Source: Balanoglossus misakiensis
Taxonomy: Eukaryota; Animalia; Hemichordata
Length of the DNA: 64,000 bases
NCBI GenBank assembly: GCA_040954595.2
Contig: CM082590.2
Coordinates: 1 to 64,000 of the forward strand
Reading direction: 5' to 3'
Shown here piece after piece: positions 13,801-26,035 of the stretch. How positions within the stretch are numbered: the first letter of the stretch is position 1; every line of letters begins with the position of its first letter. Below the pieces are notes generated by a model, which worked only from the letters and a program-made list of their open reading frames with translations, was not told the origin of the DNA and searched no databases. The position numbers were made by a program, and so were the translations under genes.

Positions 13801-15290
13801 TTTCGTGGCAAAATAATGATTTAAGTAATTATTTCAAAGAATAATTGCAAAATCGTCATAAATAAGTTACTTTGATAAGATCTTTATTATATATCTGAGG
13901 TGATTTTATTTTGATTGAATTGAATTTGATTTATTTAAATTTGATTTGTGTGCTATTCCTCATATTAGGTGAAATGGGCGCAATGAGCACATATTTTAAT
14001 AAACTCAAATAGGAGAAATTGTACATTGAAGCTTCACTAAGTGTAAAAATTCTTAGCGTTTGTATGTGCCTTTTCGAACCCAAAAAATGGTTGTTTTTAT
14101 TATATTTTCGAAGAAAGAATTTAGAATGATTAAATAGTGTTTCAAAGCCAAAAGAGGGGTGCATTTATGTTAGAATTGCTTGAAAATTAATTTTCTTTCA
14201 AAATATGAAATTTGAATATAACATCGATTTGAACATGCATAAAACGTTTTTAGTTAAGAAATAAAGCGTTTTATTCAAATTTTCAGAAAAGGGATTAATA
14301 ATGATCCTATAGTGTTTTCGACGCCATAATTAGAGTGTTTTTAAATTTAAATTGCTCATTATATCATTTTCTTTAAAAACAGTCGATCTTTAACAAAGAT
14401 TGAGTTAATAACATATTGAACTCATTTCGTGGCAAAATAATGATTTAAGTAATTATTTTAAAGAATAATTGCAAAATCGTCATAAATAAGTTACTTTGAT
14501 AAGATCTTTATTATATATCTGAGGTGGTTTTATTTTGATTGAATTGAATTTGATTTATTTAAATTTGATTTGTGTGCTATTCCTCATATTAGGTGAAATG
14601 GGCGCAATGAGCACACATTTTAATAAACTCAAATAGGAGAAATTGTACATTGAAGCTTCACTAAGTGTAAAAATTCTTAGCGTTTGTATGTGCCTTTTCG
14701 AACCCAAAAAATGGTTGTTTTTATTATATTTTCGAAGAAAGTATTTAGAATGATTAAATAGTGTTTCAAAGCCGAAAGAGGGGTGCATTTATGTTAGAAT
14801 TGCTTGAAAATTAATTTTCTTTCAAAATATGAAATTTGAATATAACATCGATTTGAACATGCATAAAACGTTTTTAGTAAAGAAATAAAGCGTTTTATTC
14901 AAATTTTCAGAAAAGGGATTAATAATGATCCTATAGTGTTTTCGAAGCCACAATTAGAGTGTTTTTAAATTTAAATTGCTCATTATATCATTTTCTTTAA
15001 AAACAGTCGATCTTTAACAAAGATTGAGTTAATAACATATTGAACTCTTTTCGTGGCAAAATAATGGTTTAAGTAATCCTTACAAAGAATTTTTGCAGAA
15101 TTGCCATAAATATGTTACTTTGATAACATTTTTATTATATATGTGATTTTATTTTGATTGAATTTAATTTGATTTATTTAAATTTGATTTGTGTCCAGCC
15201 CCTGTCCTCATATTAGGTGAATTGGGCGCAATGAGCACAAATTTTAATAAACTTAAAAAGAAGAAATTGTACATTGAAGCAACTAACAAG
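7846..15290. repeat. AT-rich 623-bp satellite, about 12 tandem copies
   Basis: The anchor CCCAAAAAATGGTTGTTTTTAT recurs at about 7850, 8474, 9097, 9720, 10342, 10965, 11588, 12211, 12833, 13456, 14079 and 14703 (period 622-624 bp). Copies are near-identical, and the last one degenerates near 15290. Confidence 0.97.
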
Positions 15291-15709
15291 TATGAACAAA
15301 TTTCTCGTATGTCTCCTTCGTATCGAGGACATTTCCGATTTTTTTATTATATCGGGTCATGATAATATATTTTTCTCGTTCAATGTTACCCGTCAATCCG
15401 TCACAAAGTCACGATACAACATCAAGCAGACTGTGAAAAGATGTTTTTCCAGCCCCTGTTTTTCACTGTTGTATAGATGAAGTACATGTAATTATATGAA
15501 CAAAAAAAACTGTTTATGTAAGAGTAATTAATTGCAAAGAAGACTTCGGTTCGGCAGCGATTGCGGATATAGGTCTACAATAGGCGTTGAGATCAGCGAT
15601 GATATACGCCAGCTGAAACAAATACATATATACATGTTAAATATTAATACAGATCACTATGGAAACATGGAGTAAGCAGTAATCAGTATACAACAAAGGA
15701 AGAATTGTT

Positions 15710-15795
15710 CCACACTACATACACACACGATGCATATACATTGTACTCATGTGTGTACATTGTACACACATACATTGTACTCATATGCATACTGT
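15710..15795. repeat. Low-complexity (CA/TACA)-rich tract with repeated TACATTGTAC
   Basis: CACACTACATACACACAC followed by three TACATTGTAC motifs. Confidence 0.6.
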
Positions 15796-16027
15796 GCGGT
15801 ACCAAGGTAAATGTTACCGTGGGTCCTCAGTCATTTTACCGGGGTTCCCCTTGGTATATCAATGCAGTCATAGTTTAAGCAGAAGCGTTACTAGTGTTCC
15901 CCAGCCGTAGCAAAAACACTGATCTTGATCTGGCTAGATCTCATGTTTACCATGGTAACTGTAGTTAAATTTCCACAGGTGACAATATACCTTAACATAT
16001 CCCGGTAATTGTGTACTGAGTTCTTAC

Positions 16028-16217
16028 CCTGATGAGGTGGAAATACGATGTAATTGTTGTGAGTAGCAGTTCTGTATCCTGCTGGAAGACGTACGGTTGA
16101 AGCAACTCCAATAAGCCGAGAATGTGCGAGAAGAAGAGAAGATGGTGGCGAGATCGGAACTCGGGAAACGTCAGATGAACGCGTCCTTTCAAGGCGGCTG
16201 AAATCATGGCTATTTGT
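16028..16217 (-). pseudogene. INTS1: INTS1-like exon B, copy 1 (190 bp, phase 2 to phase 0), splice donor intact: (R)QIAMISAALKGRVHLTFPEFRSRHHLLFFSHILGLLELLQPYVFQQDTELLLTTITSYFHLIR
   Basis: The acceptor is tttcaaatttcag| and the donor is AGG|gtaaga. It joins exon A in frame across a 379-bp GT-AG intron (16218-16596). It resembles human INTS1 as I recall it: HLPMIAALLHGRTHLNFQEFRQQNHLSCFLHVLGLLELLQPHVF. Confidence 0.88.
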
Positions 16218-16596
16218 CTGAAATTTGAAAATGAGATAAATTGGACATCAAATCAGGTCCAATAATCAATATCATTCAAGGTAAGCTAATTACCAGGTCC
16301 AAAAAATATGACAAAGAACGATAATGTCAACAGGATCATCTTTAACCACTGCTAAGTGGTGGTACCAGGTGTCTTGAATGGGTAAGGCATATCAGGCCAG
16401 CATGCTACACCAAGTCAAGACTGACCACAAGTGACATGTTACAGTGAAATTTGGCTAACTATCGAACTACTGTTGCAAGTCAAATCCAGGAATGATGTCA
16501 CTCATCATTTGAGTGACAGACGTGTCACATTTTCACTGATCATCACTTTGATCTTAGAATGACCATTGTGACTGTCGGACATACTTATTTGCTTAC

Positions 16597-16730
16597 CTGA
16601 GTAACAATGTCGGATGAGATGTTGCTATCTTTCGGAGCGCAATGTTGGCATCATTCATTTTGTTTTCGCAATTTCGTCCAGCTTTTGTTGCGGCCAACGT
16701 CAACAATAAACTGTGGGCCAACACATCGAA
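16597..16730 (-). pseudogene. INTS1: INTS1-like exon A, copy 1 (134 bp, phase 0 to phase 2): FDVLAHSLLLTLAATKAGRNCENKMNDANIALRKIATSHPTLLL(R)
   Basis: On the minus strand the acceptor is tttgtttcag| and the donor is AG|gtaagc, with an open frame between. The translation resembles human INTS1 as I recall it: LDGLIHRFITLLADTSDSRALENRGADASMACRKLAVAHPLLLLR. This exon is not in the ORF track. Pseudogene status is inferred. Confidence 0.85.
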
Positions 16731-16875
16731 CTGAAACAAATATCAACCAAGACACTTAAAGGGTATTCTGTAAATATGTGTGTCTTTTCAAAATGTGCAT
16801 ACCATCTGTTATAATTTGGACTACCTATCACTTTTGACAGTTGTGACAAGAAAAAGGCACATCTACGCTAAACGG

Positions 16876-17020
16876 TACAGTGAAACCTGTCATTATGGAC
16901 ACCTCTCTATTAAAGGTATACAGTCACCTCCAATTTATACGCCCATATATGGCTGAAATGGCGTATTTGGGCATTATAAAGAACATATGTTGGCGCCCTT
17001 TTTTCGCGTGTGCCACCCAC
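16876..17020 (+). mobile_element. Possible truncated Tc1/mariner-pogo-type MITE end(s) in the intron of each monomer
   Basis: TA-CAGTGAAACCTGTC...GGACACCTCTCTATTAAAGG followed by a second TA-CAGTCACCTCC; TA+CAGT termini are typical of pogo/Tigger-like elements. No partner TIR was found. Confidence 0.3.
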
Positions 17021-20000
17021 TGAAAATCAGTGATTGGCTAGATCTCAAGTTTACCATGGTAACTGTAGTTAAATTTCCATAGGTGACAATATACCTTAAC
17101 ATATCCCGGTAATTGTGTAGAATAAGATGTCATTGTTGTGTGTAGCAGTTCAGTATCCTGCTGGAAGACGTACGGTTGAAGCAACTCCAATAAGCCGAGA
17201 ATGTGCGAGAAGAAGAGAAGATGGTGGCGAGATCGGAACTCGGGAAACGTCAGATGAACGCGTCTTTTCAAGGCGGCTGAAATCATGGCCATTTGTCTGA
17301 AATTTGAAAATGAGATAAATAGGACATCAAATCATGTCCAATAATCAATATCATTCAAGGTAAGCTAATTACCAGGTCCAAAAAATATGAGAAAGAACGA
17401 TAATGTCAACAGGATCATCTTTAACCACTGCTAAGTGGTGCTACCAGGTGTCTTGAATGGGTAAGGCATATCAGGCCAGCATGCTACACCAGTCAAGACT
17501 GACCACAAGTGACATGTTACAGTGAAATTTGGCTAACTATCGAACTACTGTTGCAAGTCAAATCCAGGAATGATGTCACTCATCATTTGAGTGACAGACG
17601 TGTCACATTTTCACTGATCATCACTTTGATCTTAGAATGACCATTGTGACTGTCGGACATACTTATTTGCTTACCCGAGTAACAATGTCGGATGAGATGT
17701 TGCTATCTTTCGGAGCGCAATGTTGGCATCATTCATTTTGTTTTCGCAATTTCGTCCAGCTTTTGTTGCGGCCAACGTCAACAATAAACTGTGGGTCAAC
17801 ACATCGAACTGAAACAAATATCAACCAAGACACTTAAAGGGTATTCTGTAAATATGTGTGTCTTTTCAAAATGTGCATACCATCTGTTATAATTTGCACT
17901 ACCTATCACTTTTGACAGTTGTGACAAGAAAAAGGCACATCTACGCTAAACGGTACAGTGAAACCTGTCATTATGGACACCTCTCTATTAAAGGTATACC
18001 GTCACCTCCAATTTATACGCCCATATATGGCTGAAATGGCGTATTTGGGCATTATAAAGAACATATGTTGGCGCCCTTTTTTCGCGTGTGCCACCCACTG
18101 AAAATCAGTGATTGGCTAGATCTCAAGTTTACCATGGTAACTGTAGTTAAATTTCCATAGGTGACAATATACCTTAACATATCCCGGTAATTGTGTAGAA
18201 TAAGATGTCATTGTTGTGTGTAGCAGTTCTGTATCCTGCTGGAAGACGTACGGTTGAAGCAACTCCAATAAGCCGAGAATGTGCGAGAAGAAGAGAAGAT
18301 GGTGGCGAGATCGGAACTCGGGAAACGTCAGATGAACGCGTCCTTTCAAGGCGGCTGAAATCATGGCTATTTGTCTGAAATTTGAAAATGAGATAAATTG
18401 GACATCAAATCAGGTCCAATAATCAATATCATTCAAGGTAAGCTAATTACCAGGTCCAAAAAATATGAGAAAGAACGATAATGTCAACAGGATCATCTTT
18501 AACCACTGCTAAGTGGTGGTACCAGGTGTCTTGAATGGGTAAGGCATATCAGGCCAGCATGCTACACCAAGTCAAGACTGACCACAAGTGACATGTTACA
18601 GTGAAATTTGGCTAACTATCGAACTACTGTTGCAAGTCAAATCCAGGAATGATGTCACTCATCATTTGAGTGACAGACGTGTCACATTTTCACTGATCAT
18701 CACTTTGATCTTAGAATGACCATTGTGACTGTCGGACATACTTATTTGCTTAACTGAGTAACAATGTCGGATGAGATGTTGCTATCTTTCGGAGCGCAAT
18801 GTTGGCATCATTCATTTTGTTTTCGCAATTTCGTCCAGCTTTTGTTGCGGCCAACGTCAACAATAAACTGTGGGTCAACACATCGAACTGAAACAAATAT
18901 CAACCAAGACACTTAAAGGGTATTCTGTAAATATGTGTGTCTTTTCAAAATGTGCATACCATCTGTTATAATTTGGACTACCTATCACTTTCGACAGTTG
19001 TGACAAGAAAAAGGCACATCTACGCTAAACGGTACAGTGAAACCTGTCATTATGGACACCTCTCTATTAAAGGTATACCGTCACCTCCAATTTATACGCC
19101 CATATATGGCTGAAATGGCGTATTTGGGCATTATAAAGAACATATGTTGGCGCCCTTTTTTCGCGTGTGCCACCCACTGAAAATCAGTGATTGGCTAGAT
19201 CTCAAGTTTACCATGGTAACTGTAGTTAAATTTCCATAGGTGACAATATACCTTAACATATCCCGGTAATTGTGTAGAATAAGATGTCATTGTTGTGTGT
19301 AGCAGTTCTGTATCCTGCTGGAAGACGTACGGTTGAAGCAACTCCAATAAGCCGAGAATGTGCGAGAAGAAGAGAAGATGGTGGCGAGATCGGAACTCGG
19401 GAAACGTCAGATGAACGCGTCCTTTCAAGGCGGCTGAAATCATGGCTATTTGTCTGAAATTTGAAAATGAGATAAATTGGACATCAAATCAGGTCCAATA
19501 ATCAATATCATTCAAGGTAAGCTAATTACCAGGTCCAAAAAATATGAGAAAGAACGATAATGTCAACAGGATCATCTTTAACCACTGCTAAGTGGTGGTA
19601 CCAGGTGTCTTGAATGGGTAAGGCATATCAGGCCAGCATGCTACACCAAGTCAAGACTGACCACAAGTGACATGTTACAGTGAAATTTGGCTAACTATCG
19701 AACTACTGTTGCAAGTCAAATCCAGGAATGATGTCACTCATCATTTGAGTGACAGACGTGTCACATTTTCACTGATCATCACTTTGATCTTAGAATGACC
19801 ATTGTGACTGTCGGACATACTTATTTGCTTACCTGAGTAACAATGTCGGATGAGATGTTGCTATCTTTCGGAGCGCAATGTTGGCATCATTCATTTTGTT
19901 TTCGCAATTTCGTCCAGCTTTTGTTGCGGCCAACGTCAACAATAAACTGTGGGTCAACACATCGAACTGAAACAAATATCAACCAAGACACTTAAAGGGT

Positions 20001-23000
20001 ATTCTGTAAATATGTGTGTCTTTTCAAAATGTGCATACCATCTGTTATAATTTGCACTACCTATCACTTTTGACAGTTGTGACAAGAAAAGGCACATCTA
20101 CGCTAAACGGTACAGTGAAACCTGTCATTATGGACACCTCTCTATTAAAGGTATACAGTCACCTCCAATTTATACGCCCATATATGGCTGAAATGGCGTA
20201 TTTGGGCATTATAAAGAACATATGTTGGCGCCCTTTTTTCGCGTGTGCCACCCACTGAAAATCAGTGATTGGCTAGATCTCAAGTTTACCATGGTAACTG
20301 TAGTTAAATTTCCATAGGTGACAATATACCTTAACATATCCCGGTAATTGTGTAGAATAAGATGTCATTGTTGTGTGTAGCAGTTCTGTATCCTGCTGGA
20401 AGACGTACGGTTGAAGCAACTCCAATAAGACGAGAATGTGCGAGAAGAAGAGAAGATGGTGGCGAGATCGGAACTCGGGAAACGTCAGATGAACGCGTCT
20501 TTTCAAGGCGGCTGAAATCATGGCCATTTGTCTGAAATTTGAAAATGAGATAAATAGGACATCAAATCAGGTCCAATAATCAATATCATTCAAGGTAAGC
20601 TAATTACCAGGTCCAAAAAATATGAGAAAGAACGATAATGTCAACAGGATCATCTTTAAGCACTGCTAAGTGGTGGTACCAGGTGTCTTGAATGGGTAAG
20701 GCATATTAGGCCAGCATGCTACACCAGTCAAGACTGACCACAAGTGACATGTTACAGTGAAATTTGGCTAACTATCGAACTACTGTTGCAAGTCAAATCC
20801 AGGAATGATGTCACTCATCATTTGAGTGACAGACGTGTCACATTTTCACTGACCATCACTTTGATCTTAGAATGACCATTGTGACTGTCGGACATACTTA
20901 TTTGCTTACCCGAGTAACAATGTCGGATGAGATGTTGCTATCTTTCGGAGCGCAATGTTGGCATAATTCATTTTGTTTTCGCAATTTCGTCCAGCTTTTG
21001 TTGCGGCCAACGTCAACGTCAACAATAAACTGTGGGTCAACACATCGAACTGAAACAAATATCAACCAAGACACTTAAAGTAAATATGTGTGTCTTTTCA
21101 AAATGTGCATACCATCTGTTATAATTTGCACTACCTATCACTTTTGACAGTTGTGACAAGAAAAAGGCACATCTACGCTAAACGGTACAGTGAAACCTGT
21201 CATTATGGACACCTCTCTATTAAAGGTATACAGTCACCTCCAATTTATACGCCCATATATGGCTGAAATGGCGTATTTGGGCATTATAAAGAACATATGT
21301 TGGCGCCCTTTTTTCGCGTGTGCCACCCACTGAAAATCAGTGATTGGCTAGATCTCAAGTTTACCATGGTAACTGTAGTTAAATTTCCATAGGTGACAAT
21401 ATACCTTAACATATCCCGGTAATTGTGTAGAATAAGATGTCATTGTTGTGTGTAGCAGTTCAGTATCCTGCTGGAAGACGTACGGTTGAAGCAACTCCAA
21501 TAAGCCGAGAATGTGCGAGAAGAAGAGAAGATGGTGGCGAGATCGGAACTCGGGAAACGTCAGATGAACGCGTCTTTTCAAGGCGGCTGAAATCATGGCC
21601 ATTTGTCTGAAATTTGAAAATGAGATAAATAGGACATCAAATCAGGTCCAATAATCAATATCATTCAAGGTAAGCTAATTACCAGGTCCAAAAAATATGA
21701 GAAAGAACGATAATGTCAACAGGATCATCTTTAACCACTGCTAAGTGGTGCTACCAGGTGTCTTGAATGGGTAAGGCATATCAGGCCAGCATGCTACACC
21801 AAGTCAAGACTGACCACAAGTGACATGTTACAGTGAAATTTGGCTAACTATCGAACTACTGTTGCAAGTCAAATCCAGGAATGATGTCACTCATCATTTG
21901 AGTGACAGACGTGTCACATTTTCACTGATCATCACTTTGATCTTAGAATGACCATTGTGACTGTCGGACATACTTATTTGCTTACCCGAGTAACAATGTC
22001 GGATGAGATGTTGCTATCTTTCGGAGCGCAATGTTGGCATCATTCATTTTGTTTTCGCAATTTCGTCCAGCTTTTGTTGCGGCCAACGTCAACAATAAAC
22101 TGTGGGTCAACACATCGAACTGAAACAAATATCAACCAAGACACTTAAAGGGTATTCTGTAAATATGTGTGTCTTTTCAAAATGTGCATACCATCTGTTA
22201 TAATTTGCACTACCTATCACTTTTGACAGTTGTGACAAGAAAAAGGCACATCTACGCTAAACGGTACAGTGAAACCTGTCATTATGGACACCTCTCTATT
22301 AAAGGTATACAGTCACCTCCAATTTATACGCCCATATATGGCTGAAATGGCGTATTTGGGCATTATAAAGAACATATGTTGGCGCCCTTTTTTCGCGTGT
22401 GCCACCCACTGAAAATCAGTGATTGGCTAGATCTCAAGTTTACCATGGTAACTGTAGTTAAATTTCCATAGGTGACAATATACCTTAACATATCCCGGTA
22501 ATTGTGTAGAATAAGATGTCATTGTTGTGTGTAGCAGTTCTGTATCCTGCTGGAAGACGTACGGTTGAAGCAACTCCAATAAGCCGAGAATGTGCGAGAA
22601 GAAGAGAAGATGGTGGCGAGATCGGAACCCGGGAAACGTCAGATGAACGCGTCTTTTCAAGGCGGCTGAAATCATGGCTATTTGTCTGAAATTTGAAAAT
22701 GAGATAAATAGGACATCAAATCAGGTCCAATAATCAATATCATTCAAGGTAAGCTAATTACCAGGTCCAAAAAATATGAGAAAGAACGATAATGTCAACA
22801 GGATCATCTTTAAGCACTGCTAAGTGGTGGTACCAGGTGTCTTGAATGGGTAAGGCATATCAGGCCAGCATGCTACACCAGTCAAGACTGACCACAAGTG
22901 ACATGTTACAGTGAAATTTGGCTAACTATCGAACTACTGTTGCAAGTCAAATCCAGGAATGATGTCACTCATCATTTGAGTGACAGACGTGTCACATTTT

Positions 23001-25721
23001 CACTGATCATCACTTTGATCTTAGAATGACCATTGTGACTGTCGGACATACTTATTTGCTTACCCGAGTAACAATGTCGGATGAGATGTTGCTATCTTTC
23101 GGAGCGCAATGTTGGCATCATTCATTTTGTTTTCGCAATTTCGTCCAGCTTTTGTTGCGGCCAACGTCAACAATAAACTGTGGGTCAACACATCGAACTG
23201 AAACAAATATCAACCAAGACACTTAAAGGGTATTCTGTAAATATGTGTGTCTTTTCAAAATGTGCATACCATCTGTTATAATTTGGACTACCTATCACTT
23301 TTGACAGTTGTGACAAGAAAAATGCACATCTACGCTAAACGGTACAGTGAAACCTGTCATTATGGACACCTCTCTATTAAAGGTATACAGTCACCTCCAA
23401 TTTATACGCCCATATATGGCTGAAATGGCGTATTTGGGCATTATAAAGAACATATGTTGGCGCCCTTTTTTCGCGTGTGCCACCCACTGAAAATCAGTGA
23501 TTGGCTAGATCTCAAGTTTACCATGGTAACTGTAGTTAAATTTCCATAGGTGACAATATACCTTAACATATCCCGGTAATTGTGTAGAATAAGATGTCAT
23601 TGTTGTGTGTAGCAGTTCAGTATCCTGCTGGAAGACGTACGGTTGAAGCAACTCCAATAAGCCGAGAATGTGCGAGAAGAAGAGAAGATGGTGGCGAGAT
23701 CGGAACTCGGGAAACGTCAGATGAACGCGTCTTTTCAAGGCGGCTGAAATCATGGCCATTTGTCTGAAATTTGAAAATGAGATAAATAGGACATCAAATC
23801 AGGTCCAATAATCAATATCATTCAAGGTAAGCTAATTACCAGGTCCAAAAAATATGAGAAAGAACGATAATGTCAACAGGATCATCTTTAACCACTGCTA
23901 AGTGGTGCTACCAGGTGTCTTGAATGGGTAAGGCATATCAGGCCAGCATGCTACACCAGTCAAGACTGACCACAAGTGACATGTTACAGTGAAATTTGGC
24001 TAACTATCGAACTACTGTTGCAAGTCAAATCCAGGAATGATGTCACTCATCATTTGAGTGACAGACGTGTCACATTTTCACTGATCATCACTTTGATCTT
24101 AGAATGACCATTGTGACTGTCGGACATACTTATTTGCTTACCCGAGTAACAATGTCGGATGAGATGTTGCTATCTTTCGGAGCGCAATGTTGGCATCATT
24201 CATTTTGTTTTCGCAATTTCGTCCAGCTTTTGTTGCGGCCAACGTCAACAATAAACTGTGGGTCAACACATCGAACTGAAACAAATATCAACCAAGACAC
24301 TTAAAGGGTATTCTGTAAATATGTGTGTCTTTTCAAAATGTGCATACCATCTGTTATAATTTGCACTACCTATCACTTTTGACAGTTGTGACAAGAAAAA
24401 GGCACATCTACGCTAAACGGTACAGTGAAACCTGTCATTATGGACACCTCTCTATTAAAGGTATACAGTCACCTCCAATTTATACGCCCATATATGGCTG
24501 AAATGGCGTATTTGGGCATTATAAAGAACATATGTTGGCGCCCTTTTTTCGCGTGTGCCACCCACTGAAAATCAGTGATTGGCTAGATCTCAAGTTTACC
24601 ATGGTAACTGTAGTTAAATTTCCATAGGTGACAATATACCTTAACATATCCCGGTAATTGTGTAGAATAAGATGTCATTGTTGTGTGTAGCAGTTCTGTA
24701 TCCTGCTGGAAGACGTACGGTTGAAGCAACTCCAATAAGCCGAGAATGTGCGAGAAGAAGAGAAGATGGTGGCGAGATCGGAACTCGGGAAACGTCAGAT
24801 GAACGCGTCCTTTCAAGGCGGCTGAAATCATGGCTATTTGTCTGAAATTTGAAAATGAGATAAATTGGACATCAAATCAGGTCCAATAATCAATATCATT
24901 CAAGGTAAGCTAATTACCAGGTCCAAAAAATATGAGAAAGAACGATAATGTCAACAGGATCATCTTTAACCACTGCTAAGTGGTGGTACCAGGTGTCTTG
25001 AATGGGTAAGGCATATCAGGCCAGCATGCTACACCAAGTCAAGACTGACCACAACTGACATGTTACAGTGAAATTTGGCTAACTATCGAACTACTGTTGC
25101 AAGTCAAATCCAGGAATGATGTCACTCATCATTTGAGTGACAGACGTGTCACATTTTCACTGATCATCACTTTGATCTTAGAATGACCATTGTGACTGTC
25201 GGACATACTTATTTGCTTACCCGAGTAACAATGTCGGATGAGATGTTGCTATCTTTCGGAGCGCAATGTTGGCATCATTCATTTTGTTTTCGCAATTTCG
25301 TCCAGCTTTTGTTGCGGCCAACGTCAACAATAAACTGTGGGTCAACACATCGAACTGAAACAAATATCAACCAAGACACTTAAAGGGTATTCTGTAAATA
25401 TGTGTGTCTTTTCAAAATGTGCATACCATCTGTTATAATTTGGACTACCTATCACTTTTGACAGTTGTGACAAGAAAAAGGCACATCTACGCTAAACGGT
25501 ACAGTGAAACCTGTCATTATGGACACCTCTCTATTAAAGGTATACAGTCACCTCCAATTTATACGCCCATATATGGCTGAAATGGCGTATTTGGGCATTA
25601 TAAAGAACATATGTTGGCGCCCTTTTTTCGCGTGTGCCACCCACTGAAAATCAGTGATTGGCTAGATCTCAAGTTTACCATGGTAACTGTAGTTAAATTT
25701 CCATAGGTGACAATATACCTT

Positions 25722-26035
25722 ATTATATTATACCAGTATATTGATGGTGTAAATCACGCTATTTGATTGGTCGAGACACGACACGTGACCGTGATATATT
25801 AGCCATATACCACAGTCATATATCATAGTCAAAGAAAATGCCTTTTTAAAATGTTTTATGCAAAGTTTCAATATACTGGCATAATATAATAGCAATAAAA
25901 CACCCCCAGCCATGGTATACCACTCGGTTTTGACCAGTTCAACTCCATATACGCACTCGCTATCGCTCGTGCGTATATGTCGTGAACTGGTCAAAATCTC
26001 GTGGTATACCATGGCTGGGAGTGTTTTATTGCTTA
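25722..26035. mobile_element. 314-bp non-autonomous DNA transposon inserted in array copy 10; two abutting inverted-repeat pairs; possibly Crypton-like
   Basis: Absent from all other copies, whose empty site reads CCTTAACAT (CCTTAACATATCCC in most). IR pair 1 is 25721-25744 / 25868-25891 (24 bp, 1 mismatch). IR pair 2 is a ~143-bp imperfect palindrome at 25891-26033. There is no clean target-site duplication. The superfamily assignment is tentative. Confidence 0.85.

Noticed and set aside
13931-14788. Two 77-aa minus-strand ORFs in the 623-bp satellite
   Set aside because: They are created by a 1-bp variant in an AT-rich satellite and resemble no protein I know.
17018-17041. Helitron 3' end (hairpin plus CTAG) at the monomer junction
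   Set aside because: The stem is only 6 bp, the CTAG is followed by A rather than T, the same CTAG occurs in copy 1 without the hairpin, and no 5' TC end is defined.
25728-26012. 94-aa ORF inside the insertion
   Set aside because: It runs through a palindrome in a 314-bp element and has no transposase or recombinase motif.
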